Of a stretch of 28,041 bases of DNA, positions 8,924 through 18,270 are shown in pieces. The notes beneath the pieces are model-generated. The model was not told the DNA's origin. It saw only the letters and a list, made by a program, of their open reading frames with translations, and searched no databases. The stretch is from the IMG/VR virus record IMGVR_UViG_3300037047_000310, positions 1 through 28,041 of that record. The stretch is one strand, 5' to 3'. Each line of letters begins with the position of its first letter. Position 1 is the first letter of the stretch. The stretch comes from a virus (lineage: Duplodnaviria > Caudoviricetes). A program made the translations under genes and the position numbers.

Positions 8924-9405
8924 ACAAACCCGAATCGCTGCGCGCCTACCTGCTCGCCGCCATCCCCGAACTCAAGCGCAACCCCGACCGCCTGCTCGTG
9001 TTCGTCGACAACGGCAGCATGCGCAGCACCGCCGCGCCGGGCCTGTCGTTCGAGTACGCCTACAGCCTGAACATCATTCTGACGGACTTCGCCGGCCACC
9101 CGGATGCCGTGGCCATCCCGCTGTTCGCCTGGGTACGCGCCAACCAGCGCGAGCTGATGGAGAACCTGGAGCGGGGCAGGGACGCCATCAAGTTCGAGGC
9201 GGACATCCTCGACAACAAGAAAGTGGACCTCTCCATTACCCTGCCGCTGACTGAGCGCGTGATCGTCAAGCGGCAGGCCAACGGCACGCTGCAGGTTGAC
9301 CACCCGGCCGAGCCGGTCGTCGATGACGAGCTGTTCCTGGTGCCGGCCATGCGCATCGAAACATCAGACGGCGAGCTGATCGCGGAGCTGGGCGGCAATG
9401 GCTGA
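8920..9405 (+). CDS. R: Tail completion protein gpR
   Basis: MNKPESLR, SFEYAY, DLSITLPLTERVIV. Confidence 0.92.
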   Translation: MNKPESLRAYLLAAIPELKRNPDRLLVFVDNGSMRSTAAPGLSFEYAYSLNIILTDFAGHPDAVAIPLFAWVRANQRELMENLERGRDAIKFEADILDNKKVDLSITLPLTERVIVKRQANGTLQVDHPAEPVVDDELFLVPAMRIETSDGELIAELGGNG

Positions 9406-9856
9406 CGACCTGCACGCCCTGGAAGACTGGGCCGGCGCGTTGCTCAACCGACTGCAACCCGCCGAGCGGCGCCGCGTCACGCAGACCATCGCCCGCGACC
9501 TGCGCCGCACCCAGCAACAGCGCATTGCCGCGCAGAAAAACCCGGACGGCAGCGCCTACGCCCCGCGCAAGCCGCGCGAGCAACTGCGCGCCAAGGCCGG
9601 CCGCATCAAGCAGCGCAAGATGTTCGCCAAGCTGCGCACCGCCCGTTACCTGCGCCTGCAGAGCGATGCCAGTTCCATTGCCATCGGCTTCGCCGGTCGC
9701 GTCTCGCGCCTGGCGCGCATCCACCAGTACGGCCTGCGCGACAAACCCGGCCGCACCGCGCCGGATGTGCAGTACCAGCGCCGCGAACTGCTCGGCCTCA
9801 CGGACGCCGATCTGCAACTGATCCGCGACAGCCTCATCGAGCACCTGGTGCGCTGA
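9398..9856 (+). CDS. S: Tail completion/virion morphogenesis protein gpS
   Basis: QQQRIAAQKNPDGSAYAPRK, MFAKLR, ARIHQYG, RELLG. Confidence 0.92.
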   Translation: MADDLHALEDWAGALLNRLQPAERRRVTQTIARDLRRTQQQRIAAQKNPDGSAYAPRKPREQLRAKAGRIKQRKMFAKLRTARYLRLQSDASSIAIGFAGRVSRLARIHQYGLRDKPGRTAPDVQYQRRELLGLTDADLQLIRDSLIEHLVR

Positions 9857-9858
9857 CG

Positions 9859-9924
9859 CTGTAACGGCAACCGCTACACGGCGCCACGAATGCGCCCCGC
9901 GCGCGCGAACGCCAGCATGGGGCC
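9859..9924 (+). promoter_or_regulatory. Late promoter for V (Ogr-type box and -10), probably leaderless
   Basis: TGT-N13-ACA at 9860-9878; CAGCAT at 9913-9918, 34 nt downstream; V ATG follows 6 nt later with no RBS. Confidence 0.75.
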
Positions 9925-10452
9925 ATGAATACCACCGACCTCCTGCGCCGCCTCGAAAACCTGATCCGCCTCGGCACCATCGCCGCGGTGGACCACCAGG
10001 CTGCGCGCTGCACCGTCAGCACCGGCGGGCTCACCGTCCCGGGCCTGCCCTGGCTCGCCGCGCGCGCCGGCAGCAGCCTGGACTGGGATCCGCCCACGGT
10101 CGGCGAGCAATGCATCCTCTTCAGCCCTAGCGGCGAACCGGCCCTGGGCGTTGTCCTGGTCGGGCTCTACTCACAGCAACGCCCGGCCCCGGCGAACAGC
10201 GCAGATCTGCGCCGCCGGACCTATCCGGACGGGGCTGTGATCGAATACGACCACGCCGCCCAGGCGCTCACCGCCACGCTGCCAGCCGGCGGCACAGCAA
10301 AGCTCACCGCGCCCGGCGGCGTGACCATCCTCGGCGACGTCGACATCACCGGCCTGGTGACCGTCAGCGAGGACGTCATCGCGGCAGGCATCAGCCTGGT
10401 TGACCACCGGCACCCCGGAGACAGCGGCGGTACCACGGGGGCGCCGACATGA
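9925..10452 (+). CDS. V: Baseplate spike gpV
   Basis: LENLIRLGTI, PPTVGEQ, YPDGAVIEYD, C-terminal HRH metal-binding motif. Confidence 0.93.
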   Translation: MNTTDLLRRLENLIRLGTIAAVDHQAARCTVSTGGLTVPGLPWLAARAGSSLDWDPPTVGEQCILFSPSGEPALGVVLVGLYSQQRPAPANSADLRRRTYPDGAVIEYDHAAQALTATLPAGGTAKLTAPGGVTILGDVDITGLVTVSEDVIAAGISLVDHRHPGDSGGTTGAPT

Positions 10453-10793
10453 ATCGCACCAACGGCGCTGCAATCGACAGCACCGCGCACATCGCCCAAT
10501 CCATAGGCGACGTGCTCACCACCCCCATCGGCAGCCGCGTGATGCGCCGCGACTACGGCAGCCTGCTACCCGACCTGCTCGACGCGCCCTTCAATGACGG
10601 CACACGGCTACTGGCCTACGCCGCGGTGGCCATGGCGCTGCTGCGCTGGGAGCCACGCATTCGCATCAGTCGTGTGCAGCTGTACCAGGGCGAGCGGGCA
10701 GGGCAGGTCGTTCTTGATATCGAAGCTAGCCGCGTCGATACCCGCGAGGCGCTCAGCCTGCGCGTTCCACTTAGCCTCGGAGCCGCCTCATGA
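10449..10793 (+). CDS. W: Baseplate wedge gpW (gp25-like)
   Basis: HIAQSIGDVLTTPIGSRVMRRDYGS, RWEPRI. Confidence 0.93.
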   Translation: MNRTNGAAIDSTAHIAQSIGDVLTTPIGSRVMRRDYGSLLPDLLDAPFNDGTRLLAYAAVAMALLRWEPRIRISRVQLYQGERAGQVVLDIEASRVDTREALSLRVPLSLGAAS

Positions 10794-11713
10794 GTGGTGG
10801 ATTCAGCCCCATCGACCTCTCGCAGCTGCCGGCGCCGCAGCTCGTCGAGCCGCTTGACTTCGAAACCCTGCTGGCTGAACGCAAGGCGGCCCTCGTCGCC
10901 CTGTATCCCGTCGAGGAGCAGCCTGCGATTGCCGCACGCCTGGCGCTTGAGTCTGAGCCCATGACCAAGCTGCTGCAGGAGAACGCCTACCGCGAGCTCG
11001 CCCTGCGTCAGCGCATCAACGACGCCGTGCGGGGCGTTATGCTCGCGTATGCAGTCGGTAGCGACCTGGACCAGATCGGCGCCAATTACAAGGTTCAACG
11101 CCTGGTGCTCGATTACGGCAATCCCGCAGCGGTGCCGCCCGTTCCGCCCGCCTACGAAACTGACGAAGACCTGCGCCGCCGCATCCAGTTATCGCCTGAG
11201 GGCTACACCACTGCTGGCAGCGAGGGAAGCTACGTATTCCACGGCCTCAGCGCAGCCGCCGCAGTGCGCGACATAGCTGCCGCCAGCCCAATGCCTGGTG
11301 TGGTGGTGGTCTACGTACTGTCACGTGAAGGAAACGGCAGCGCCTCTGATGCACTGCTTCTGCAGGTTGCAGCTGCGCTCAACAGCGAATCCGTCCGTCC
11401 TATGACCGATCAGGTACAGGTGCAGTCAGCTGCCATCGTCAGTTTCAGCATCGAGGCCGAGCTGGTCATGTACCCGGGGCCGGATGCCGACGTGGTCCGC
11501 GACGCCGCGCTGGCGGCGGTTACCGCTTACGCAGAGTCACAGCGCCGGATTGGCTACGACGTCACGCTGTCCGGCCTGTACGCGGCGCTGCATCAGCCTG
11601 GCGTGCAGCGGGTCAACCTTTGGGCGCCGAATGCGAACCTGACTATCGGCGAGGGTGAGGCCAGCTACTGCGCGGCCATCACGCTGACCGTCGCGGGGCA
11701 GCCCGATGTCTGA
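10790..11713 (+). CDS. J: Baseplate protein gpJ
   Basis: IDLSQLPAP, LESEPMTKLL, TAGSEGSYVFH, VRPMTDQV. Confidence 0.94.
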   Translation: MSGGFSPIDLSQLPAPQLVEPLDFETLLAERKAALVALYPVEEQPAIAARLALESEPMTKLLQENAYRELALRQRINDAVRGVMLAYAVGSDLDQIGANYKVQRLVLDYGNPAAVPPVPPAYETDEDLRRRIQLSPEGYTTAGSEGSYVFHGLSAAAAVRDIAAASPMPGVVVVYVLSREGNGSASDALLLQVAAALNSESVRPMTDQVQVQSAAIVSFSIEAELVMYPGPDADVVRDAALAAVTAYAESQRRIGYDVTLSGLYAALHQPGVQRVNLWAPNANLTIGEGEASYCAAITLTVAGQPDV

Positions 11714-12326
11714 CCTGCTGCCACCCAACAGCACCACGACCGAACTTGCCCTGGCCGAAGCAATGGCTTCGATCAGCGACCTGCCGGTGCCGGTGCGCGA
11801 GGTCTGGAACGCCCAAACCATCCCGGTCCGCTATCTGCCCTGGCTCGCCTGGGCTTACAGCGTCGACGAATGGGACACCGCCTGGCAGGAAGACCAGAAG
11901 CGCGCCACAGTCGCCCGCGCCCTGGCTGTGCAGCGGCAGAAGGGCACCATCGGCGCCGTGCGCGAGGCTCTTGGCGCCCTCGGCATCTACGTCCAGGTGC
12001 GCGAGTGGTTCCAGCTCAGCCCACCCGGCGAGCCCTACACCTTCGAGCTGTATGTCGAAGCCAGCCAGACGCCCGTCACGCTGGAAGGCATCCGCGCGGT
12101 CGAGGGTGTTGTCAGCGCCACCAAGAATCTGCGCTCCCACTTGGCACAGATCCGCCTGCGCGCTCGTTGCGAGTCGAGCGTGCACGTCGGCGCCGCGCTC
12201 TGCATGGGGCAGGCCATGACCCTCAGCAACTACGTCACCGATGAAGACCGGGTGTTGATGACAACCGCCGCCCACTTCGACCGCATCGTCAACACCGACC
12301 TGCCAAACGCCCTGGGGGCCCCATGA
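11706..12326 (+). CDS. I: Baseplate/tail protein gpI
   Basis: LLPPNST, LPWLAWAYSVDEWD, KGTIGAVR, KNLRSHL. Confidence 0.92.
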   Translation: MSDLLPPNSTTTELALAEAMASISDLPVPVREVWNAQTIPVRYLPWLAWAYSVDEWDTAWQEDQKRATVARALAVQRQKGTIGAVREALGALGIYVQVREWFQLSPPGEPYTFELYVEASQTPVTLEGIRAVEGVVSATKNLRSHLAQIRLRARCESSVHVGAALCMGQAMTLSNYVTDEDRVLMTTAAHFDRIVNTDLPNALGAP

Positions 12327-12745
12327 ACCTGACCTTGCAAGATTCCGTCGACCGCCTGCAGCAGAATGAAGAACGCCTCGACCAGTTCGTCAACGATCCG
12401 GCCGCCACCGGCAGCTATGCGACCCGCGCTGGCCAGGCGGTTCCTACCGTGCCGGCCCTGGTCGAGGAGGTGCGCCAGGCAGCCTCCGCTCTCGGCGCTC
12501 CGGATGGCGCCGCCAATGTCGGCTATACGCCGGGAGCCGGTGAGGCCAACACGGTCCAGCAAGCGCTTCGAGCGCTCGAAGCGCGTCCCGATGCGGCCGG
12601 CGTCGTCGAACAGCATGAGCAGGCGCCGGATCCGCATCCTCAGTACGCCGATGCATCTGAGCTGGCGGTTCACCAGCTCGCCGCCGATCCACACCCCCAA
12701 TACATGACGCGGGCCAAAGCCCACGCCATCGCACTTCTGTTCTGA
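12323..12745 (+). CDS. Hypothetical tail-fibre-associated protein with two DPHPQY repeats
   Basis: 140 aa, coupled to I by an ATGA overlap; HEQAPDPHPQY and HQLAADPHPQY resemble the repeat in P2 gpH-type fibres. Confidence 0.7.
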   Translation: MNLTLQDSVDRLQQNEERLDQFVNDPAATGSYATRAGQAVPTVPALVEEVRQAASALGAPDGAANVGYTPGAGEANTVQQALRALEARPDAAGVVEQHEQAPDPHPQYADASELAVHQLAADPHPQYMTRAKAHAIALLF

Positions 12746-12754
12746 GGACGACCC

Positions 12755-13171
12755 ATGGCCAAGACCCATACCGCACCGTTTGCCCAGGCTGCCCGCATCC
12801 AGACCGCCGTTGTCACGGCAGCCGTCGCCAGCCTGGCGACCGATACGCCGACCGGCACCGTTGCCGTACTCACGGCAGGCCCCGATGGCTGCGTCGTGAC
12901 GCGCGTGACCGCCATCCCGCGCGCAACCGTCGCCGCGTCCAGCCTGCTGCTTTTCGTCAAAAAATCGGGGCAGGCTGCCCTGCGCCTGATCGACAGCGAA
13001 CTCATGGCTGCGCACACCGTTGCAACGACCACCGCGATCCCTGAAACCGTTTTCGGGAACGTCACCGACAGCGCCCCTCTGCGCCTCGACGCGGGCGATG
13101 AGTTGCACGTCGGCAGTCAGGTCGCGCTGGCCAGCGGCATCGTGTTTGCCGCGAACTGGATGGATTACTGA
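12755..13171 (+). CDS. Hypothetical protein, probable tail-appendage component
   Basis: 138 aa, GAGGA RBS, T/V/A-rich beta-type composition, co-oriented in the tail operon. Confidence 0.7.
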   Translation: MAKTHTAPFAQAARIQTAVVTAAVASLATDTPTGTVAVLTAGPDGCVVTRVTAIPRATVAASSLLLFVKKSGQAALRLIDSELMAAHTVATTTAIPETVFGNVTDSAPLRLDAGDELHVGSQVALASGIVFAANWMDY

Positions 13172-13172
13172 T

Positions 13173-14009
13173 ATGGCTGATCGAGCATTGGGTAACCCAT
13201 TGGGTAACCCGCTGGGACTGGCGAAGCAAGGGGCGGGAGATTCTCAGCGTTCAGTGATCGCTATTTCCGCAGCTGGGACCTATTCCATATCGCAGCGATT
13301 CAAGTACGCGCGCCTGCATCTCTTTGGCGCGGGCGGAAACGGCTATAACGGCGCCCCCGGCGGAGGCGGGGGTGGAGGCGGGTACGCCGGAACGCTGCCT
13401 ATCTCGCTGGCCGGAAAAGCCGATTTAACCGTTACAACGTCTAGCATGACATCTCTTACTGTTACGGCGTCAGGACTTGGATATGCGCTTTCGGCTACGG
13501 CTGGCGGGAACGGCACCGCGAGCGCTGGTGGCGCAGGCGGCACCGGCGCGGGAGGCGACATTAACTTCATTGGTGGGGCAGGCGGCAGAGGCGGCGGGCT
13601 TGGCGGAACCTACGGGCTCTACGGCACCGGCGGAGGCGGCGGTGCGGCTGGCCCTGCCGGTACTGGAGGCCGTGGAGGTGGCTTCCCGGGAGGCTCTGGA
13701 GTTGCCGAAATAGCCGAGGCCACATCAGGAGGCGCTGGGGGAGGCGGGCATGGACCGACGGGATCAAGCAACTCATCGGGTGGCGGTGGCGGCGGCGCCG
13801 GTGGCGGCGGCGGGAAATCTACCGGCAACATTTTAGGGGCAAAAGGGGATGATGGATTTGCTATGAAAATCAGCACCCTAGAAGGGAAGGATGCAGCGAG
13901 CAATATCGGAGGGGCCGGAGGTCTTGGCGGCGGTGGCGGCGGTGCAGGTTCTTCCACGGCTGGGGCTGGGCTTGGCGGCAGCGGACTACTGGTGATAGAG
14001 CTATGGTGA
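13173..14009 (+). CDS. Glycine-rich protein, putative receptor-binding tail fibre tip
   Basis: ATG 13173 just after the previous stop; LFGAGGNG...GGGGGGY and terminal GGSGLLVIELW, typical of phage Gly-rich (polyglycine) domains. Confidence 0.7.
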   Translation: MADRALGNPLGNPLGLAKQGAGDSQRSVIAISAAGTYSISQRFKYARLHLFGAGGNGYNGAPGGGGGGGGYAGTLPISLAGKADLTVTTSSMTSLTVTASGLGYALSATAGGNGTASAGGAGGTGAGGDINFIGGAGGRGGGLGGTYGLYGTGGGGGAAGPAGTGGRGGGFPGGSGVAEIAEATSGGAGGGGHGPTGSSNSSGGGGGGAGGGGGKSTGNILGAKGDDGFAMKISTLEGKDAASNIGGAGGLGGGGGGAGSSTAGAGLGGSGLLVIELW

Positions 14010-14632
14010 AATTTCAAAGGGGCGCCGCAACTCGCGAGCCCATTCCCCAGTTCCTCGCTGGCCTCGCCCCCGAATCCCTCGCCGACCTGAGCTGGGCCGA
14101 CCCGGCCCTTGGCGTGTCCGACTGCGCCTGGTGGCCAGAAGAAGACCAGTCCGTACCGCTCGGCGAATACGAACGCTACGGCGCGGAGACGCTGACGCCT
14201 GACCCCGAACGACGCGTCGTGATCGTCACGCGCAGTATCGAGCCGTGGAGCGCGGAGGAGATTGCCGCTGCAGCGGAGGCTGAGCGACCTGCCAGGATCG
14301 AGGCGAACAACCTGGCATATGAACAGGCAGTCGCCCGGCTTACCCGCGACTATCCACCGGCAGAAATTGCAACATGGGAGCGCCAACGGGCCGAAGCGCT
14401 GGCCTGGGCGGCGGACAGTGCTGCGCCCACACCGTGGATCGATATTGCCGCCGCTGCGCGCGGCCTCGATCGCGGCGAGTACCTCTCGCGCACGCTCGCC
14501 AAGGCGCAGGCCTTCGCTCAAGCCAGTGCCTGGCTGACCGGGCGACGCCAAGGCTTCGATGATGCGATTCGTGCTGCACAGACGCCGGCCGAGCTGGCCG
14601 CGATCGTCATCGATTACACGCTTACCGCCTAA
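14003..14632 (+). CDS. Putative tail fibre assembly/chaperone-like protein
   Basis: 209 aa; YPPAEIATWERQRAEALAW...TPWIDIAAAARG...LTGRRQ pattern, seen in genes adjacent to phage fibre genes. Confidence 0.65.
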   Translation: MVKFQRGAATREPIPQFLAGLAPESLADLSWADPALGVSDCAWWPEEDQSVPLGEYERYGAETLTPDPERRVVIVTRSIEPWSAEEIAAAAEAERPARIEANNLAYEQAVARLTRDYPPAEIATWERQRAEALAWAADSAAPTPWIDIAAAARGLDRGEYLSRTLAKAQAFAQASAWLTGRRQGFDDAIRAAQTPAELAAIVIDYTLTA

Positions 14633-14641
14633 GGAGCCCTC

Positions 14642-16045
14642 ATGCCGTTCGAAGTCATTCATACCAGCTACGGTTTGACGCGCCTGGCCGAGGCCGAGAC
14701 TGCCGGCGCTGCGGTCAACCTCACCCACGTGGCTGTCGGCGACGGCGCCGGCCAGCCGGTACCGCCGGCCCAATCGCAGACGCAGCTCGTCCGCGAGCGC
14801 TATCGCACAACCGTCAACCAGGTGGGCCGCGACCCAGAAGATCCGCAGCGCTATTTCGTCGAGGTGATCATCCCGGTCAGCGTCGGAGGCTTCGTCATGC
14901 GCGAGGTCGGGATCTACGACGACCAGGGCGGGCTGTTCGTTGTCGGGGACATGCCGGACGCCTATAAGCCTGTTCCGGCCGATGGCGCCTTTGGCGATAC
15001 GACATTGCGTGTGGAGTTTGTTGTCAGCAACGCCAACCTCGTCACCTTGCAGTTGGACCCCAACACCGCGGTGGCCACGCGCCAGTGGGTGAGCAACACC
15101 ATCACCGTGGGCGCAATGATTCCCGGCGGCACTACCGGTCAGGTGCTGCGCAAGGTCTCCAACGCCAACGGGCACACCGAATGGGCCGACCCGAGTACAG
15201 CCAACGTCGTGGTCGACATGCTCGAGGAACGGCAGCTGCTCGCCGCCGGTCAGACGGCCGTCACTTGGTCGACCGTTACCACCCGCGGGCTTGCCATCTA
15301 CATCGACGGGCTGCGGCTGACCAAGGGGCCGGGCGCAACTGAATGGGCCGAAGATCCGAATGACTTCGACACCACCGCGCTCCTGGGCAAAAGCTACCCG
15401 GCCGGTACCGAGATCGTCGGTGTACAGAACGACCCAACCGGCACGCTCAGTTTTCCCCTGGTGCGCGACCTCAACCTGGCCGACGTGCCGGACAAGGCCC
15501 TCGGTCGGCAGAACCTCGGAGTATTCAGCCGAGCCGAAACTCGGCAAATGGCGCCGTCCGGCATGGTCGCGTTCTTTTGCCAGCTGGCTGCGCCAACGGG
15601 CTGGCTTAAGGCCAATGGCGCGGAAGTCTCGCGCACCGCATACGCAGAATTGTTCGCGGCCCTTGGGACAACCTACGGCGCAGGCAACGGCTTTGACACC
15701 TTCAATCTGCCCGATCTGCGTGGCGAGTTCATCCGCGGCTTGGACGATGGCCGAGGTGTAGATGCAGGCCGGGGCCTGGGCTCCGGCCAGAACGACCAGA
15801 ACAAGGCGCACACGCACGCTGGTTCAACAGGCTCTGCCGGCGCGCATAGCCACTCGTTCTCCTATGCGGCTACGCAGTACAGCGGAGCGCCGGGGGCTGC
15901 GACCGGTAACGGGTTCACCAATCGCCAGCTAAGTTCGTCAACCAGCTCCGCCGGCGGGCACAGCCACACCGTTGCGATTGAAAACAGCGGTGGCAACGAA
16001 GCGCGGCCGCGCAACGTCGCGCTGCTGCCCTGCATTAAGTACTGA
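14642..16045 (+). CDS. H: Tail fibre protein (gpH-like N-terminus plus tail collar domain)
   Basis: N-terminal HVAVGDG and GGFVMREVGIYD baseplate anchor; collar motifs PTGWLKANG and FNLPDLRGEFIRG; HxH repeats; RPRNVAL..CIKY end. Confidence 0.88.
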   Translation: MPFEVIHTSYGLTRLAEAETAGAAVNLTHVAVGDGAGQPVPPAQSQTQLVRERYRTTVNQVGRDPEDPQRYFVEVIIPVSVGGFVMREVGIYDDQGGLFVVGDMPDAYKPVPADGAFGDTTLRVEFVVSNANLVTLQLDPNTAVATRQWVSNTITVGAMIPGGTTGQVLRKVSNANGHTEWADPSTANVVVDMLEERQLLAAGQTAVTWSTVTTRGLAIYIDGLRLTKGPGATEWAEDPNDFDTTALLGKSYPAGTEIVGVQNDPTGTLSFPLVRDLNLADVPDKALGRQNLGVFSRAETRQMAPSGMVAFFCQLAAPTGWLKANGAEVSRTAYAELFAALGTTYGAGNGFDTFNLPDLRGEFIRGLDDGRGVDAGRGLGSGQNDQNKAHTHAGSTGSAGAHSHSFSYAATQYSGAPGAATGNGFTNRQLSSSTSSAGGHSHTVAIENSGGNEARPRNVALLPCIKY

Positions 16046-16053
16046 GGCCGAGC

Positions 16054-16335
16054 ATGACTACCGTTACCGCTTACCAGTTCGACGCCGCCGGCTTCTACCG
16101 GGGCAATACCACTGCCGACGAAAGCCCCCTGGAGCCGGGCGTGTTTCTCCTGCCCGCTCGTTGCACCTTGCGCCCGCCCCCGGCAGACGTGCCGGACGAA
16201 CGCTGGCCGCGCTGGAATGGCGCGACCTGGGTGCTGGTTAACAAGCCAGTCGTGCTGGCCACGCCAGATCCGGTGGCCAAGCTGCGGGAATTTCTGAGCG
16301 CTAATCCAGACGTAGCTGCATTGCTCACTGACTGA
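16054..16335 (+). CDS. Tail fibre assembly protein (gpG/Tfa-like)
   Basis: YQFD..GFY.G...ADESPLEPGVFLLPA..T..PP and WNGATW motifs; directly after the fibre gene. Confidence 0.75.
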   Translation: MTTVTAYQFDAAGFYRGNTTADESPLEPGVFLLPARCTLRPPPADVPDERWPRWNGATWVLVNKPVVLATPDPVAKLREFLSANPDVAALLTD

Positions 16336-16356
16336 AACGCTGCCCTGTAAAACAGC

Positions 16357-16377
16357 CCCGCCTCGGCGGGTTTTTTA
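16357..16377 (+). terminator. Rho-independent terminator of the V operon
   Basis: CCCGC-CTCG-GCGGG stem-loop followed by TTTTTT. Confidence 0.8.
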
Positions 16378-16381
16378 TGTG

Positions 16382-16441
16382 CTGTATGGGGCTGCGCTAC
16401 AGGGCGCGCTGCTCGTCCACAACGCGCGCGCGCGTCACCCT
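16382..16441 (+). promoter_or_regulatory. Late promoter for FI (Ogr-type box)
   Basis: CTGTA-N11-TACAG at 16382-16402; -10-like CACCCT at 16436-16441, again 34 nt after the ACA. Confidence 0.7.
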
Positions 16442-16483
16442 TGAGGCTCACTGATCCGGCACTTGCCGAGGAGCCTTTCACCC

Positions 16484-17653
16484 ATGGCCGATTACCATCA
16501 CGGCGTCCGCGTCCTCGAAATCAACGAGGGCACTCGCCCCATTCGCACCGTTTCTACCGCCGTGGTGGGCATGGTCTGCACCGCATCTGATGCAGACGCC
16601 ACCGCATTCCCGCTGAACAAACCCGTGCTGCTCACCGATGTGCTGACTGCCTCCGGCAAGGCCGGCGAGCTGGGCACCTTGGCCCGCAGCCTGGACGCCA
16701 TTGCCGACCAGGCCTCGCCCGTCACCGTCGTGGTGCGCGTGGAAGAGGGCGCGGACGAGGCAGCGACCACCAGCAACATCATCGGCGGCGTGAGCGCGTC
16801 CGGCGAGTACCTGGGCATGAAGGCATTGCTGGCGGCCGAGGCCCAGCTGGGCGTGCGGCCGCGCATCCTCGGCGTGCCGGGGCTCGATTCGCTGGCGGTC
16901 ACCACTGAACTCGTCTCGATTGCCGAGCAGCTGCGCGGTTTTGCCTACGCCAGCGCGCACAACTGCGCGACCGTGAGCGAGGCGATCGCTTACCGCGACG
17001 GCTTCGGTGCACGCGAGCTGATGCTGATCTGGCCGGACTTCGTCTCCTGGGACACCACCACCAACGCCAACGCCCCGGCCAACGCCGTGGCTCGCGCCCT
17101 GGGCTTGCGCGCCAAGCTGGACGAGCAAGTCGGCTGGCACAAGACGCTCTCCAACGTGCCGGTCAACGGCGTGTCGGGCCTCTCGAAGGACATCTATTTC
17201 GACCTGCAGAACCCCGCCACCGACGCCGGCCTGCTCAACGCCAGCGAAGTCACCACGCTGATTCGCCGTGACGGCTTCCGCTTCTGGGGCAGCCGCACCA
17301 CGTCCGCCGACCCGCTGTTTGCGTTCGAGAACTACACCCGCACCGCCCAGGTGCTGGCAGACACGATGGCCGAGGCGCACTTCTGGGCGGTCGACAAGCC
17401 CATGCACGCCAGCCTGGTGCGCGACATCGTCGAGGGCATCAACGCCAAATTCCGCGAGCTGATCCGCAACGGCTATTTGATCGGCGGCGAGTGCTGGTAC
17501 GACGAGGCGGCGAACGACAAGGAAACGCTCAAGGCGGGCAAGTTGTACCTCGACTACGACTACACCCCCGTGCCGCCGCTGGAGAACCTGCTGCTGCGCC
17601 AGCGCATCACCGACCGCTACCTGGTCGACTTCGCCGCCCGCGTCAACGCCTGA
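16484..17653 (+). CDS. FI: Tail sheath protein gpFI
   Basis: [46 protein letters not shown]; GAGGAG RBS. Confidence 0.96.
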   Translation: MADYHHGVRVLEINEGTRPIRTVSTAVVGMVCTASDADATAFPLNKPVLLTDVLTASGKAGELGTLARSLDAIADQASPVTVVVRVEEGADEAATTSNIIGGVSASGEYLGMKALLAAEAQLGVRPRILGVPGLDSLAVTTELVSIAEQLRGFAYASAHNCATVSEAIAYRDGFGARELMLIWPDFVSWDTTTNANAPANAVARALGLRAKLDEQVGWHKTLSNVPVNGVSGLSKDIYFDLQNPATDAGLLNASEVTTLIRRDGFRFWGSRTTSADPLFAFENYTRTAQVLADTMAEAHFWAVDKPMHASLVRDIVEGINAKFRELIRNGYLIGGECWYDEAANDKETLKAGKLYLDYDYTPVPPLENLLLRQRITDRYLVDFAARVNA

Positions 17654-17701
17654 CCCCCATTGATCCGCGCGGCTCCGGCCGCGCCGTAGGAGAGCCCAGC
17701 C

Positions 17702-18217
17702 ATGGCCCTGCCCAAGAAACTCAAAAGCATGAACCTCTACAACGATGGCGGCAGCTACGTTGGCCAGAGCAAATCCGTCACCCTGCCGACCCTCGGCCGC
17801 AAGCTGGAAAGCTGGCGCGGCGCCGGCATGGACGGCCCGGTGAAGGTTGACATGGGCCACAGCGACGACGGCATCCAGATCGAATGGACCCTCGGCGGCT
17901 GGGATCTGACCGTGCTCAAGCAGTTCGGCGCGGTGAAGGCCGACGGCGTGATGCTGCGCTGGGCTGGCGCCGTGCAGCGTGACGACACCGGCGAAGTCTC
18001 GGCGGTCGAGGTGGTCGCCCGTGGCCGGCATGAAGAGATCGACTTCGGCGACGCCGAGTCCGGTGAAGACACCGAGCATTCCATCACCACCACCTGCACC
18101 TACTACAAGCTCAGCGTGGACGGGCAGGTGGTCATCGAAATCGACCTGCTCAACTTCGTCTTCATCGTCGACGGCGACGACCGCCTCGCCGAGCACCGCA
18201 AGGCCATCGGCCTGTAA
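17702..18217 (+). CDS. FII: Tail tube protein gpFII
   Basis: MALPKKLK, RGAGMDG, YYKL, HRKAIGL. Confidence 0.95.
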   Translation: MALPKKLKSMNLYNDGGSYVGQSKSVTLPTLGRKLESWRGAGMDGPVKVDMGHSDDGIQIEWTLGGWDLTVLKQFGAVKADGVMLRWAGAVQRDDTGEVSAVEVVARGRHEEIDFGDAESGEDTEHSITTTCTYYKLSVDGQVVIEIDLLNFVFIVDGDDRLAEHRKAIGL

Positions 18218-18270
18218 ACCCCGGCGCCGGCCCGCGCCGGCGCGTTTGAATCACCACCAGGAGAAGCACC

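Noticed and set aside
13619-15817. 732-aa antisense ORF with Pro-rich tail
   Set aside because: The Pro runs are just the reverse complement of Gly codons; it overlaps three supported + strand genes.
12323-16335. Invertible tail-fibre cassette or diversity-generating retroelement
   Set aside because: No invertase or reverse transcriptase, no opposite-strand fibre fragment, and no TR/VR repeat pair seen by eye.
16423-16434. (CG)n run as a microsatellite or Z-DNA element
   Set aside because: Similar GC tracts sit at the same position in the P and V late promoters, so it is better explained as a promoter element.
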